The translations under genes were made by a program, and so were the position numbers. From assembly GCA_965237805.1 (NCBI GenBank), contig OZ250153.1, positions 1,013,816-1,077,815 on the forward strand: DNA of 64,000 nt, read 5' to 3'. Below the pieces are notes generated by a model. The model was not told the DNA's origin, did no database searches, and was given only the letters and a program-made list of their open reading frames with translations. Positions 9,474 to 19,643 of this stretch are shown here, one piece after another. This DNA is from Gammaproteobacteria bacterium. Lineage in GTDB: Bacteria > Pseudomonadota > Gammaproteobacteria > JABABF01. Numbering within the stretch: position 1 is the stretch's first letter; each line of letters begins with the position of its first letter.

Positions 9474-10970
9474 ATGGGCGTTTTTGAGCAACTGCCTGAC
9501 ACTGCGCCGGTACTGGTTGGCGTCGGCTCGGTGACGCGGCGCGACGGCCCGCCGGAGCAAGCCCCCGAAGCGGTGGCGCTAATGGCCGAGGCACTGCGCC
9601 GCGCCGAGGCCGACGCCGACGCACCGGGGCTGTTGGCCGAGGCCAACTCAATCCGTGTGCCGCGCGGCTTCTGGGGTTACCGTGACCCCGGCCACCTGCT
9701 GGCCCAAACCCTGCGAGCCCAGCGCTCGCGCAGTGTGCTGGCCGAGATCGGCATCTTGCAGCAGAGCCTGATCAGCGCCGCCTGCGCAGACATCGCTGCT
9801 GGCGAGGAAGAGGTGGTGCTGGTGGTGGGCGGCGAGGCACGCCACCGGGCGGCGCAGGCAAGACGCGCTGGCGTGGCGGTGGCCGAGCACGAGCAGGGGG
9901 AGGACATTGAGCCAGATCAGACACTGCGTCCGAGCAGCGATTTCGGCTTCAGCTGGGAGGGCGAGCGCGGCCTGATGCTGCCGGTGACCTGCTACGCCGT
10001 ACTGGACAATGCGCTGTCCGCCCATCTGGGGCTGTCCGCCGCAACACATCGACAGGAGCTGGATACGCTCGGCGCGGCGCTGAGCGCGGTGGCGGCAGAC
10101 AACCCCGAGGCGTGGAGCCGCGAGGCGCTGGACGAAGCGGCACTGCATCCGGGTGCCGACAACCCCTACTTAGCCTATCCCTACACACGACTCGACGCCT
10201 CGCAGTGGAATGTGGACCAAGCGGCGGGACTATTGCTGTGTTCGGCGGCGACGGCGCGGCGCCACGGCGTGGCCGAGCAACGCTGGCTATTCCCGTTGGC
10301 CGCCGCCGAAAACAATCATATGACCACTTTGCCAGCACGCGCCGAGCTGCACCGCTGCCACGGCATGCGGCTGGCCGTGGAGCGCACGCTGGACAACGGC
10401 GGCACGACGCTGGCCGAAGTGGATCTCTTGGATCTCTACAGCTGCTTCCCGTCAGCTCTGCGCTTGCAGCTGGAGGAACTGGGGCTGGGGCGCGGACTCA
10501 CACCGCCACCCACCATCACTGGCGGCATGCGCTTCGCTGGCGGGCCGCTCAACAACTATGTATTGCAAGCCACAGCGCGCATGGCCATGCGCCTGCGCGG
10601 TGGCGATGGTCGCCGCGGCCTGATCAGCTGTGTCAGCGGTATCCTGCACAAGCAGGCGGCGGCGCTGTGGGGCACCCAAGCACCGACAGCACCATTCCGG
10701 AACGAAGAACTCGGCGCGGCGGTGGCCGCGACAGAGACAACGCGCCCGCAGCGTCCCGACTACTGCGGGGCAGCCACCGTGATCGGCCACACCGTCAACT
10801 TCAGCCGCAACGGCGAGCCACAACAGGCAGTGGCCATCTGCGAGGGCAGGGGTGGCGAGCGCACTGTCGCCTGCTCCGAGGATGTGGCGCTAATGGCCGC
10901 CATGATGGCCGAGAACTGGTGTGGCCGCGCCGTGGCGATCAGGACGGCGGGACGGTTGGAAGCTGCCTAA
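9474..10970 (+). CDS. thiolase-like (SCP-x/lipid-transfer-type) protein with C-terminal OB-fold (DUF35-like) domain
   Basis: N-terminal and central regions resemble the thiolase fold (VVLVVGGEA, ITGGMRFAGGPLNNY). The C-terminus (AATVIGHTVNFSRNGEPQQAVAICEGRGGERTVACSED) resembles DUF35/ChsH2-type OB folds. I could not locate the canonical thiolase active-site Cys motif. Confidence 0.5.
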   Translation: MGVFEQLPDTAPVLVGVGSVTRRDGPPEQAPEAVALMAEALRRAEADADAPGLLAEANSIRVPRGFWGYRDPGHLLAQTLRAQRSRSVLAEIGILQQSLISAACADIAAGEEEVVLVVGGEARHRAAQARRAGVAVAEHEQGEDIEPDQTLRPSSDFGFSWEGERGLMLPVTCYAVLDNALSAHLGLSAATHRQELDTLGAALSAVAADNPEAWSREALDEAALHPGADNPYLAYPYTRLDASQWNVDQAAGLLLCSAATARRHGVAEQRWLFPLAAAENNHMTTLPARAELHRCHGMRLAVERTLDNGGTTLAEVDLLDLYSCFPSALRLQLEELGLGRGLTPPPTITGGMRFAGGPLNNYVLQATARMAMRLRGGDGRRGLISCVSGILHKQAAALWGTQAPTAPFRNEELGAAVAATETTRPQRPDYCGAATVIGHTVNFSRNGEPQQAVAICEGRGGERTVACSEDVALMAAMMAENWCGRAVAIRTAGRLEAA

Positions 10971-11037
10971 GGCCTCGGGCAGACCAGCCAGCTCTTGGTG
11001 CACAGTGGCTCGGTGGCAGCGCATCGCGACAGCTGAT

Positions 11038-11057
11038 GCGCCCGCACTAAGCGGGCG
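11038..11057. terminator. GC-rich hairpin between convergent genes (CGCCCGC-actaa-GCGGGCG)
   Basis: 7-bp perfect stem with a 5-nt loop in the 96-bp gap between two convergent CDS. No U-tract on either strand. Confidence 0.3.
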
Positions 11058-11066
11058 GTGTCACCC

Positions 11067-12065
11067 TCAACCGCCCACCCGCACCGACAGCCGGCCACGC
11101 TGCTCGCCAGCCAGTAGTGCTGCCGCCCGTCCCGACACATCGGCCAGCGCCAGCTCCTCCGAAGCGATGGCATCCAGTGCTGCGTCGGGCAGTTCTGAGG
11201 CCAAGCGGTGCCAAGCGGTGCGGCGCAGCTCGGCCGAGCAGCTGACCGTGTCCACCCCCTGCAGGCGCACGCTGCGCAGGATGAAGGGCATCACATTGCC
11301 AGGCCATGCCGTCGCCCCGGCCAAGCCGCATGCCGCCACCGCGCCGCCATAGTTGGTCTGCGCCAATAAGCGCGCCAACACCAAGCCACCCACCGTATCC
11401 ACCGCCCCGGCCCAACGCTGCTTCTCCAAGGGTCCCGAAGGGGCCTCGGCTTCCTCGCGCGACAGCAGTGCGGTGGCACCGAGGCCACGCAGATAGTCCC
11501 CCAAGGCTGAGTGACGCCCGCTGAGCGCCGTCACCTCATAGCCCAGCGCCGCCAGCAAAGCCACCGCCACACCACCGACACCACCGCCAGCACCGCTGAC
11601 CGCCACCGCGCCCGCTGCCGGCCGCAGACCCGCATCCTCCAGGGCCATCACACAGAGCATCGCCGTCAGGCCAGCGGTGCCCACACGCATCGCCCAACGC
11701 GCATCGCGACCCGGCGGCACCAGCGTCAGCATGGCCGCTGGCAAGCGGGCACGCTCGCTGTAACCGCCCCAACGCCGCTCGCCCAAGCCCTGTCCGGTGG
11801 CCAGCACCTGCGCACCCACCGGATAGTCCGCCACCGAGGACACCAGGACCTCGCCAGCCAGATCGATGCCCGGCACCATCGGGTAGTGGCGCACGATGCC
11901 CGGACGCCCGACCAGCGCCAGCGCATCCTTGTAATTCAGTGAGGAGTGACTAACCGCCACCAGTACCTCGCCCTCGGCGGCCTCGTCCAAGGCTCCGGCA
12001 TCCAAGCGACGCAAGGCGGCAACCTCGCCCTCGGCCTCCAACACCAAGGCCTGAAAAGTGGTCAT
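11067..12065 (-). CDS. MDR-family NAD(P)H oxidoreductase (YhdH/AcuI-like quinone oxidoreductase / acrylyl-CoA reductase family)
   Basis: MTTFQALVLEAEGEV... VSHSSLNYKDALAL... GAGGGVGGVAVALLAALGYEV is a YhdH-type signature. Confidence 0.75.
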   Translation of the reverse strand: MTTFQALVLEAEGEVAALRRLDAGALDEAAEGEVLVAVSHSSLNYKDALALVGRPGIVRHYPMVPGIDLAGEVLVSSVADYPVGAQVLATGQGLGERRWGGYSERARLPAAMLTLVPPGRDARWAMRVGTAGLTAMLCVMALEDAGLRPAAGAVAVSGAGGGVGGVAVALLAALGYEVTALSGRHSALGDYLRGLGATALLSREEAEAPSGPLEKQRWAGAVDTVGGLVLARLLAQTNYGGAVAACGLAGATAWPGNVMPFILRSVRLQGVDTVSCSAELRRTAWHRLASELPDAALDAIASEELALADVSGRAAALLAGEQRGRLSVRVGG

Positions 12066-12093
12066 CGTGCCGCGCAGCGCGGCGGTGCAACGC

Positions 12094-12513
12094 TTAGAAA
12101 AGGACGATCAGCAACACCGCCACCGCCAAAGCGAAGTTGCTGAAAAATCCCACAGCGAAGCAGAGCGAGCGCAGCGGTGGCCGGTTGGCAGCGTAGGCCG
12201 CCCAGTGCCCGACGCGAGCCACGACATAGACACTCGCCGACAGGTTGACCCAGAATGGATCGACCGCGAAGATGATCGCGAGCGCGATGGTGACGATGAA
12301 GGCGCCGAAGTTTTCGAGCGAGTTCCCAAAACTTCGCGCCAAGCGGTAGGAGGTGTCGGCGTGGTCTGGCTCCACCAAAGAGCCGGGCACATGCGTACCT
12401 TGGCTGGCGCTATGCCGGATTGAGGCGCTGGTGATGTTTTGCAACATCACCATGAGCACCAACACAGATACGGCGATCAAGGACAAGGAGTAGGGGGAGA
12501 CTAGTTCATGCAT
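12094..12513 (-). CDS. MAPEG family membrane protein
   Basis: The FGNSLENFGAFIV motif and ~139 aa with hydrophobic helices. Start at MHELVSPYSL, preceded by GAGGAA. Confidence 0.65.
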   Translation of the reverse strand: MHELVSPYSLSLIAVSVLVLMVMLQNITSASIRHSASQGTHVPGSLVEPDHADTSYRLARSFGNSLENFGAFIVTIALAIIFAVDPFWVNLSASVYVVARVGHWAAYAANRPPLRSLCFAVGFFSNFALAVAVLLIVLF

Positions 12514-12968
12514 GATTGGATTCCTCGCTACCGATCGGCGAGGGTCCTCGCCGTTCAGATATGCCCCAGTATAGGCAATAGTGTCACTGGGTGCTACCGA
12601 GTGGAAGTAGTTAATGGCATCGGCCAGTTGCCACACAGGGAGTAGGGCACCAGTTGGCGGTGATAACGATTCCTGTGCCCATGCCGTGCACCCTCACAGA
12701 ACCAAGCTTCTCGGTTCCAAGCGTTGCCCCAAGCCACCACAGCCCCGCGAACAGCCCCTAACATCACGGGAGTGGTGATGCGTTCCCAAGGCAGTGTGTG
12801 GTGTAGAATATTTCCAACTGTGCCCGCCACGCCTCTCTGCACTTGCCTAGCGCAAGTCATGATGCGCACCTCGGCGGGCCTTTTCATATCCCCGAACCGC
12901 GCTGGATGCTGCCCGCACCATCCATATGATGAGCCTTATTCTAGGGCGGTGGCAGAGCTTTTATCCCG

Positions 12969-12977
12969 ACTATAGCA
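12969..12977 (-). promoter_or_regulatory. extended -10-like element TGCTATAGT (minus strand), 10 nt downstream of acs stop
   Basis: Matches the TGnTATAAT pattern with one mismatch. The same 9-mer occurs upstream of zapE at 18832..18840. Confidence 0.25.
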
Positions 12978-12986
12978 CCACCCCCT

Positions 12987-14951
12987 TCAACCAACCCCCA
13001 ACTCCTTCGCCCCCGCCACCAACTGCTCCACCACCGCCGGATCGGCTAGGGTCGAGATGTCGCCCATATTGTCGAACTCGCCAGCGGCGATGTGGCGCAG
13101 GATGCGGCGCATGATCTTGCCGGAGCGGGTCTTCGGCAAAGCCGGTGACCACTGCAAGCGCTCCGGTGTGGCAATCGGCCCGATCTGCGAGCGCAGCCAG
13201 TCGCGTAGCTTGGCCCGCAACGCCTCACTGGGCTCGGCATCGGCCACCAAAGTCACATAGACATGTAGCGCCTCTCCCTTGACCTCGTGCGGGCAGCCGA
13301 CCACCGCCGCCTCGGCCACCTGCGGGTGCGCCACCAGCGCACTCTCCAACTCGGCGGTGCCCATGCGGTGTCCGGAGACATTGAGCACATCGTCCACGCG
13401 GCCGGTGATCCAGTAATCTCCGTCGGCATCGCGGCGGGCACCATCACCGGTGAAATACAAGCCCTCAAAAGTGGAAAAATAGGTGTCGATGAAGCGCTGG
13501 TGGTCGCCGTAGACCGTGCGCATCTGCCCCGGCCAGCTGTCCGTCAACACCAACTTGCCCTCGGCCTCGCCCTCCAAGCGCCGCCCGGCATCGTCCACCA
13601 AGGCGGGCTGAATGCCAAAAAATGGACGCGTGGCGGCACCGGGCTTGAGCGGCGTCGCCCCCGGCAATGGGCTGATCATGATGCCGCCAGTCTCGGTCTG
13701 CCACCAAGTGTCGACGATCGGGCAGCGTCCCCCGCCCACCACCTCGTGGTACCAGCGCCAAGCCTCCGGATTGATCGGCTCGCCGACCGTGCCCAACAGC
13801 CGCAGCGAGCTGAGGTCGTGGCGGCGCACCGGCTCCTCGCCCTCACGCATCAACGCACGGATGGCGGTCGGGGCAGTGTAGAAGACATTGACTTGATGGC
13901 GCTCGCAGATCTCCCAGAAGCGGCTGGCGTCGGGATAGTTCGGCAAGCCCTCGTAGACCACCGTGGTGGCCCCGTTGGCCAAGGGGCCGTAGACGATGTA
14001 GCTGTGGCCGGTAATCCAACCCACATCGGCTGTGCACCAGTACACCTCATCGTTCTGATAATCAAAGACATGCTGGTGGCTCAGCGAGGCATAGACCAAG
14101 TAGCCGCCGCTGGTGTGCAACACCCCCTTGGGGCGACCGGTGGAGCCGGAGGTATAGAGGATGAACAGCGGGTCCTCCGCCGACATCGACACCGCCGGGC
14201 AGTCGGCGGGCAAGCTGGCGGACAGCTCGCCATAGTCGACATCGCGCCCCTCCTGCCACGGCACATCGGCACCGGTATAACGCACCACCAGCACCTTTTC
14301 CAGCGACTCGACACGCGGGTCGGCAACCGCCTCGTCCACCGTCGTCTTCAGCGGCACCGGGCGACCGCCGCGGCGACCCTCATCGGCGGTGACGACGAAG
14401 CGCGAACCGCAGTCGGCAATGCGCCCGGCCAAGGAATTGGCGGAAAAGCCGCCGAAGACCACCGAGTGCACGGCACCGATGCGCGCACAGGCCAGCATCG
14501 CGTAGACCGCCTCTGGGATCATCGGCAGGTAGAGTGTGACGCGGTCGCCGCGCGCCACACCGATGGCCAGCAAGGCATTGGCGAAACGGCACACCTCGGT
14601 GTACAGCTGGCGGTAACTGATGGAGCGGCTCTGCCCCGGCTCATCGCCCACCCACAACAACGCCGTGGCATCACCGCGCTCGGCCAAGTGGCGGTCGACG
14701 CAGTTGGCGCAGACATTGAGTTCGCCGTCGCTGTACCAGCGGATACGCAGGTCTTTGCTGGCGAAGGACACATCTTTGACCTGCCGATAGGGCTTGATCC
14801 AGTCGAGACGACGCCCCTGCTCGGCCCAGAAGCCCTTGTTGTCATCCACCGATTTGCGGTAGAGCTCCCGATAATCCTCCGCCGTCACCGCGGCGCGCTC
14901 TGCCATCTCCTCTGGCACCGGGTAGATCCGTTGCCGTCCATCTGCCGCCAT
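12987..14951 (-). CDS. acs: acetyl-CoA synthetase
   Basis: Full-length match to Acs ([29 protein letters not shown]). Confidence 0.95.
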   Translation of the reverse strand: MAADGRQRIYPVPEEMAERAAVTAEDYRELYRKSVDDNKGFWAEQGRRLDWIKPYRQVKDVSFASKDLRIRWYSDGELNVCANCVDRHLAERGDATALLWVGDEPGQSRSISYRQLYTEVCRFANALLAIGVARGDRVTLYLPMIPEAVYAMLACARIGAVHSVVFGGFSANSLAGRIADCGSRFVVTADEGRRGGRPVPLKTTVDEAVADPRVESLEKVLVVRYTGADVPWQEGRDVDYGELSASLPADCPAVSMSAEDPLFILYTSGSTGRPKGVLHTSGGYLVYASLSHQHVFDYQNDEVYWCTADVGWITGHSYIVYGPLANGATTVVYEGLPNYPDASRFWEICERHQVNVFYTAPTAIRALMREGEEPVRRHDLSSLRLLGTVGEPINPEAWRWYHEVVGGGRCPIVDTWWQTETGGIMISPLPGATPLKPGAATRPFFGIQPALVDDAGRRLEGEAEGKLVLTDSWPGQMRTVYGDHQRFIDTYFSTFEGLYFTGDGARRDADGDYWITGRVDDVLNVSGHRMGTAELESALVAHPQVAEAAVVGCPHEVKGEALHVYVTLVADAEPSEALRAKLRDWLRSQIGPIATPERLQWSPALPKTRSGKIMRRILRHIAAGEFDNMGDISTLADPAVVEQLVAGAKELGVG

Positions 14952-15095
14952 CGTCTAAGTCTCCCAAGCCAGTGCGAACGGACATGTTGCCGCATATGGC
15001 CGACAGACGCAACGCAAAGCATGGGCGGCGGCACGCAAGGGGGATCTTGCTAAAATGGCGCTTTGAACAATACAGTGCGACATCTGGAAAGCGCT

Positions 15096-15707
15096 ATGGA
15101 AATCGCCTTGATCTGCGGGAGCCAACGACCGGACTCTGAGAGTGCGCGTGTGGGGCATTTTCTGGAACGGCGGCTGCATGAGGAGGGCTTGTGCGAGGCG
15201 ACTTGGCGGCTGGAGCTGGGTGAGACGCCGTTGCCGCTGTGGCGACCCGGCGTGCAACAAGATCCAGCACATGGCGAGCGGCTAGCCGAGCTCGGAGAGC
15301 GGCTGGCAGCGGCCGACGGCTTGGTCATCATCAGCCCTGAATGGTGTGGCATGGTGCCCGGAGCACTGAAAAACTTCTTCCTGCTCTGGGGACCAGATCA
15401 ACTCGCCAACAAACCAGCTCTGCCAGTGGCGGTCTCCAGCGAAGACGGCGGGGCCTATCCCATCGCCGAGCTGCGCATGAGCAGCTACAAAAACAGCCGC
15501 CTGCTCTATGTGCCCGAAAACCTGATCGTGCGCTGGGTCGGCGAGCGACTGCACAAGACCTTGTCCGCAGAGCATCCCGAAGCCGACCGGATGCTACGCG
15601 AACGCGCCGACTACGCCTTGGGGCAACTGTGCGCCTACGCCAAGGCGCTGGCCCCGCAACGAGCCAGCGGCGCACTCGATGTCGGCAACTACGATAGCGG
15701 TATGTGA
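15096..15707 (+). CDS. NADPH-dependent FMN reductase family oxidoreductase
   Basis: MEIALICGSQRPDSESARVG...LVIISPEWCGMVPGALKNFF matches the NADPH-dependent FMN reductase fold. Confidence 0.7.
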   Translation: MEIALICGSQRPDSESARVGHFLERRLHEEGLCEATWRLELGETPLPLWRPGVQQDPAHGERLAELGERLAAADGLVIISPEWCGMVPGALKNFFLLWGPDQLANKPALPVAVSSEDGGAYPIAELRMSSYKNSRLLYVPENLIVRWVGERLHKTLSAEHPEADRMLRERADYALGQLCAYAKALAPQRASGALDVGNYDSGM

Positions 15708-15724
15708 GTGCCCAGACACAGCGA

Positions 15725-16627
15725 TCAGGGCGCGGCGGTGGCCCCGTCGTGAGCAGCGTCGGCCGCGGCCGCTTGCCGCGCTCTCTCTCGCAGCGCCTCG
15801 CCTTTGACATAGCGCTCGTAGCGCTCGTGCGCGACCAAGTAGTCGACAACGCGCAGCATCTCCTCCATGTCGCGGCTGGCGCGCACTTGGTAAGTGCCAG
15901 CGATGATCATGGCCGGCGTGCCGCCGATGGCGTGGGCGCGCATGCGCGCCTCGGCCTGAACCGGTGACCTAGCGACGCTGAAAGATGACCACGCCCGCTC
16001 GAAATCCGCGCGCGGCACACCGGCCTTGACAAAGAAATCAGCCAGTGCCGAAGCCGTGTGCAATGGCTGTTGTTGCATCGCCAAGGCGCTGAACAAGGCC
16101 TCGTGGATGTCATCCAAGCGCCCCAGCGCCTTGGCCGTGTAATAGGCGCGCGCATGCGGCTTCATCAGATCGCGCCAGACAGCCGGTGCCGCGCTGAAGC
16201 GCACATCGGATGGCTGGCGGGTCACCCAGAGACGCAAGATTGGCTCGAACAGCGCACAGTGCGGACAGCCATACCAGAAAAACTCGATGACCTCAATGCG
16301 TTTGGATGAGCTGGGCTGCGGAGTCTGCAACCGGGCATAGTGCTCGCCCTCATGGTAGATTTCTTCCGGTTTGGGCGGTGGTGTACGACGGGAGGGGGGG
16401 GCGCGCTTGGCGACTGGCGCGGCGCGGCGCGTCTGCTGCTGGCGGACAACAGCGGGCTTGGAAGCGGGCTCGGCGGCTTCCTGTTGTGGCACCTTGGCTG
16501 GCCCAAAAAAATCGCCCGCCCAAGCCGGGGCGGCCACCAGCCCCATCAACAAGGCGACCGGAACCAGCACCCCAAATGGCCGCTGCACCGGGGAAGTGCG
16601 CCGCAGCTCAGCGCAGACCTTGGGCAT
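15725..16627 (-). CDS. dsbA: thiol:disulfide interchange protein DsbA (with Pro-rich N-terminal linker)
   Basis: FFWYGCPHCALFEP is the CPHC thioredoxin motif in DsbA context. Has a signal peptide. The start is ambiguous between 16627 and 16657. Confidence 0.8.
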   Translation of the reverse strand: MPKVCAELRRTSPVQRPFGVLVPVALLMGLVAAPAWAGDFFGPAKVPQQEAAEPASKPAVVRQQQTRRAAPVAKRAPPSRRTPPPKPEEIYHEGEHYARLQTPQPSSSKRIEVIEFFWYGCPHCALFEPILRLWVTRQPSDVRFSAAPAVWRDLMKPHARAYYTAKALGRLDDIHEALFSALAMQQQPLHTASALADFFVKAGVPRADFERAWSSFSVARSPVQAEARMRAHAIGGTPAMIIAGTYQVRASRDMEEMLRVVDYLVAHERYERYVKGEALRERARQAAAADAAHDGATAAP

Positions 16628-17237
16628 AATTGGCCACCGCCTCCATCTCGCTTTCACTGAGGAATTGTACTACCCCGGCCATCACCTCGGCAGTGGCATC
16701 ATGAAGACGCCGACGCTCACGGTAATCCTTGAGTCTGGCAACAATGTAGTCGGCGTGCTGGCCAGCGATGCGCGGAAACCCCGCCGGCGCGTTGCCAGCT
16801 CCGTGCGGTGAATGGCAGGCGCTGCAAGCTGGCACACTCTTCGCGGCGATGCCAGCACGGTAGATGCGCTCGCCGAGCGCCAACTGCTCGCGCCGCGCAA
16901 CACCGGCACTCATCGCCTGGCTCGCGAACCATGCCGCTATATCGCGCAAGTCTTGCCCGTCCATGCCATCCAACTGGCCAGCCATGCTTGGCACCGGATA
17001 GGTGCCGCTCTGGATGGCGCGCAGCTGCCGTAGCAAATATTTCGTGTTTTGACCCGCCAGCTTGGGGAAAATCGGGCTCAGGCTGTTGCCGTCGACATTG
17101 TGGCAGGCGACGCAGGAAGCGGCCTTGACGCGGCCAGCGGCAGCGTCCCCACCGTCGGCAGCCGATGCATCGACCAGAACTAACGCGCCGCACAAGGCAA
17201 AGACCATCGAGCAGGGCGCTGGGATCGTACGCCTCAT
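16608..17237 (-). CDS. cytochrome c4 (dihaem)
   Basis: Two CxxCH motifs (CVACHN, CSACHS) plus a signal peptide; ~209 aa. Confidence 0.8.
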   Translation of the reverse strand: MRRTIPAPCSMVFALCGALVLVDASAADGGDAAAGRVKAASCVACHNVDGNSLSPIFPKLAGQNTKYLLRQLRAIQSGTYPVPSMAGQLDGMDGQDLRDIAAWFASQAMSAGVARREQLALGERIYRAGIAAKSVPACSACHSPHGAGNAPAGFPRIAGQHADYIVARLKDYRERRRLHDATAEVMAGVVQFLSESEMEAVANYAQGLR

Positions 17238-17602
17238 CGCTGGGATTCCATCATGTAGACAATTAACAGGCGCAGATCTTCGTCGGCGCAATCGGGGCAA
17301 GCGCCCATCGGCGGCATCGCATTATACCCCTGCCGTACATTGGCCACGAGCGCCGCCATGCCCTTTTGAGCCACCAGTTCCCCCCAGCGCGGGTCGCCGA
17401 GGCGCGGCGCATTGGCGACACCAGCAGCGTGGCAAGTGATGCAGCTGCTGAGGAAAAGCCCCTCGATGCGCGCGCTCTCGGTGGCATCCTCGACACCAGC
17501 ACCCACCGACCCAGCCCGCTCGCCACAGCTGGCGGCCAGTGTCAACGACAGGGCGAGGCCGAACAGACCGCCGCGCTGAACCGAGCGCGGCAAAGCGATC
17601 AT
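17234..17602 (-). CDS. monohaem c-type cytochrome (c5-like)
   Basis: Single CITCH haem-binding motif, N-terminal signal sequence, C-terminal Cys pair (GACPDCADED). Stop overlaps the cytochrome c4 start. Confidence 0.7.
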   Translation of the reverse strand: MIALPRSVQRGGLFGLALSLTLAASCGERAGSVGAGVEDATESARIEGLFLSSCITCHAAGVANAPRLGDPRWGELVAQKGMAALVANVRQGYNAMPPMGACPDCADEDLRLLIVYMMESQR

Positions 17603-18693
17603 CCCTGTCGCCCCTGTGCCAGATACTCCCGCGAGCGCATTTCCACCAGTCGGCTACGAGTGCGCTCAAACTCCGCCGCCAAGCGCTCGCCGACATACAA
17701 GTCCCCCAGCTGCACCGCCGCCGACAGCACCAAGTTGACGCGGCTGTCATAGAGCACATCGACCAAGTTGACGAAGCGCCTCGCCTGATCGTCGCTGGCC
17801 GCATCCAAGCGTGGCACGCCGCTGAGGAACACCGTGTGGCACTCCTGAGCCAGCTCCAGATAGTCGTGTTGTGAGCGCGGGCCATCGCACAGCGCTGCAA
17901 AATCAAACCACATGACATCGTCACCCGCTCGCCGCAGCGCGATCTGGCGACCGTTGAGTTCGACCGAAGCCCCGGGCTGGTCGGCGTGCGGGCCACCCGG
18001 CGAGATCCCTTGAAAACGCTCGGCCAAAGCTTGCTCGGCACACTCATCCAAGGGGCTATGGTACAGCGATACTCCGGCCAAGACCCGCAGGCGGTAGTCT
18101 TCGCCCGCCGCCATATGGTGCACTTCGCATTGCTCGCAGAGCAGCTTGATGGCGGGCAGGAAACGCGGTCGTTGCAAGCCGTCCCGGTACAAGTCGTGCG
18201 GCGCTATATTGGAGGTGGTCACCAACACCACATCATTGTCGAACAGCGCCTGTAACAAGCGCTTGAGGATCATCGCATCACCGATGTCGAGAACCAAGAA
18301 CTCATCTAGGCACAGCACCCGCGCCCGCTCGGCGATGCGCTCCGCCACCGATGCCAATGGATCGGCCCGCCCAGACAACTCGCGCAACTGACCGTGCACA
18401 CCGCGCATAAAGCGGTGAAAGTGCTCCCGTAACCAAAGATCAGCGGGCAGGCAATGGCACAACAGATCCATCAGCCGCGTCTTGCCGCGACCGACGCCGC
18501 CAAAGAGGTAGAGTCCGCACGTCGACGACTGGCCGCGCTGGAAATACCGCCAGATGCGGTGCGCAAAATTGTCCGGCAAGACTTCGCTGTAGACCCGCTG
18601 TATGCTCTGCATCGCCAGTCTTTGCGCAGGATCTGGCCGCAACTCACCACTGTGCAGGGCGCGGCGGTAGGCTTGCGCTGGATTTGTCGACAT
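17599..18693 (-). CDS. zapE: cell division protein ZapE (AFG1-family ATPase)
   Basis: Walker A FGGVGRGKT and Walker B LCLDEF. Start at MSTNPAQAYR. Confidence 0.8.
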   Translation of the reverse strand: MSTNPAQAYRRALHSGELRPDPAQRLAMQSIQRVYSEVLPDNFAHRIWRYFQRGQSSTCGLYLFGGVGRGKTRLMDLLCHCLPADLWLREHFHRFMRGVHGQLRELSGRADPLASVAERIAERARVLCLDEFLVLDIGDAMILKRLLQALFDNDVVLVTTSNIAPHDLYRDGLQRPRFLPAIKLLCEQCEVHHMAAGEDYRLRVLAGVSLYHSPLDECAEQALAERFQGISPGGPHADQPGASVELNGRQIALRRAGDDVMWFDFAALCDGPRSQHDYLELAQECHTVFLSGVPRLDAASDDQARRFVNLVDVLYDSRVNLVLSAAVQLGDLYVGERLAAEFERTRSRLVEMRSREYLAQGRQG

Positions 18694-18831
18694 GTTTAAA
18701 CGCCCGCGCCGATGCCGGACTACAACGATTGGCGGGTACCGAACAGAGCGGATGCAATGCGAGGCGAGGGACACCGAAGCATGCGGCATGGCCATGGCAC
18801 GACAGGATTAGACTGTAGACACGGCGGCGCA

Positions 18832-18840
18832 ACTATAGCA
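18832..18840 (-). promoter_or_regulatory. extended -10-like element TGCTATAGT upstream of zapE-cytochrome-dsbA gene string
   Basis: Minus-strand reading CTGTGCTATAGTT sits ~140 nt upstream of the zapE ATG in the nif3-zapE intergenic region. Confidence 0.25.
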
Positions 18841-18862
18841 CAGGGAGGGGGTGCAGGATCCG

Positions 18863-19624
18863 TCAAACCGGATTGTCGATGTCGATGTTCTGGTGCTCAA
18901 TGCCAAGCGCATCGGCCAAGTAGTCGCCGACGGCACGCGCACCGCCACGCTCGGTGGCGTGGTGCCCAGCCGCATAGAAATGCATCCCGCTCTCGCGCGC
19001 CAAATGCACCGTCTGCTCAGAAACCTCACCGCTGAGATAGGCATCGACACCATGCGCGAGCGCTCGCTCGGCCAGTGACTGCGCCGCACCGGTACACCAA
19101 GCCACCGTGTGCACCATGGCATCACCATCGCCGATATGCAATGGTACGCGCCCCAAGCGCTCGCTCAGCTTCACGGCGAAGGCCGCTGCCGTTATCGGCT
19201 CGGCCAAGCGACCGACTGAGCCGGGCGTCGACGGGTCGTCGGCCACCAGCGGCCCATCGGTCTGCAAGTCGAGCATGAGCGCCAATTGGGCGTTGTTACC
19301 ATAGCGCGGGTGCGCGTCCAGCGGCAGGTGGTAGGCCAAAAGGCTGATGTCGTGCTGCAACAGCAACGCGATGCGACGGCGCTTCATGCCGACCAGCTGC
19401 GGTGCCTCGCCGCGCCAAAAGTAGCCATGATGCACAAACAGCGCGTCGGCCTCGACAGCCACGGCCGCTTCGATCAACGCTTCGCTCGCCGTCACCCCGC
19501 TGACCAAGCGCCGCACCTGCGAGCGCCCCTCCACCTGCAGGCCGTTGGGACAGTAGTCATTAAAACGCTGCGGCTCCAGCAACTTGTCAGCCGCCGTCAC
19601 CAAGGTTTGCAAAGCTGTGCTCAT
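18863..19624 (-). CDS. Nif3-like dinuclear metal centre protein (YqfO/YbgI family)
   Basis: The ...HHGYFWRG...HLPLDAHP... pattern of NIF3. Start at MSTALQTL. Confidence 0.8.
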   Translation of the reverse strand: MSTALQTLVTAADKLLEPQRFNDYCPNGLQVEGRSQVRRLVSGVTASEALIEAAVAVEADALFVHHGYFWRGEAPQLVGMKRRRIALLLQHDISLLAYHLPLDAHPRYGNNAQLALMLDLQTDGPLVADDPSTPGSVGRLAEPITAAAFAVKLSERLGRVPLHIGDGDAMVHTVAWCTGAAQSLAERALAHGVDAYLSGEVSEQTVHLARESGMHFYAAGHHATERGGARAVGDYLADALGIEHQNIDIDNPV

Positions 19625-19643
19625 GGTGCTTTCGCCCTCTTTT

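Noticed and set aside
12594-12887. 97-aa minus-strand ORF and 83-aa plus-strand ORF in the acs-MAPEG gap
   Set aside because: Weak or absent SD, no recognisable motifs, and mutual overlap. The region is more plausibly non-coding RNA or UTR.
13287-15053. 588-aa plus-strand ORF
   Set aside because: Antisense to the clearly real acs gene. Low-complexity Arg/Gly/Ala-rich translation; a high-GC artefact.
17234-17602. Possible lipoprotein signal (LTLAASC) in the monohaem cytochrome
   Set aside because: The match to the lipobox is poor (A at -3), so it is more simply a standard Sec signal. Not called.
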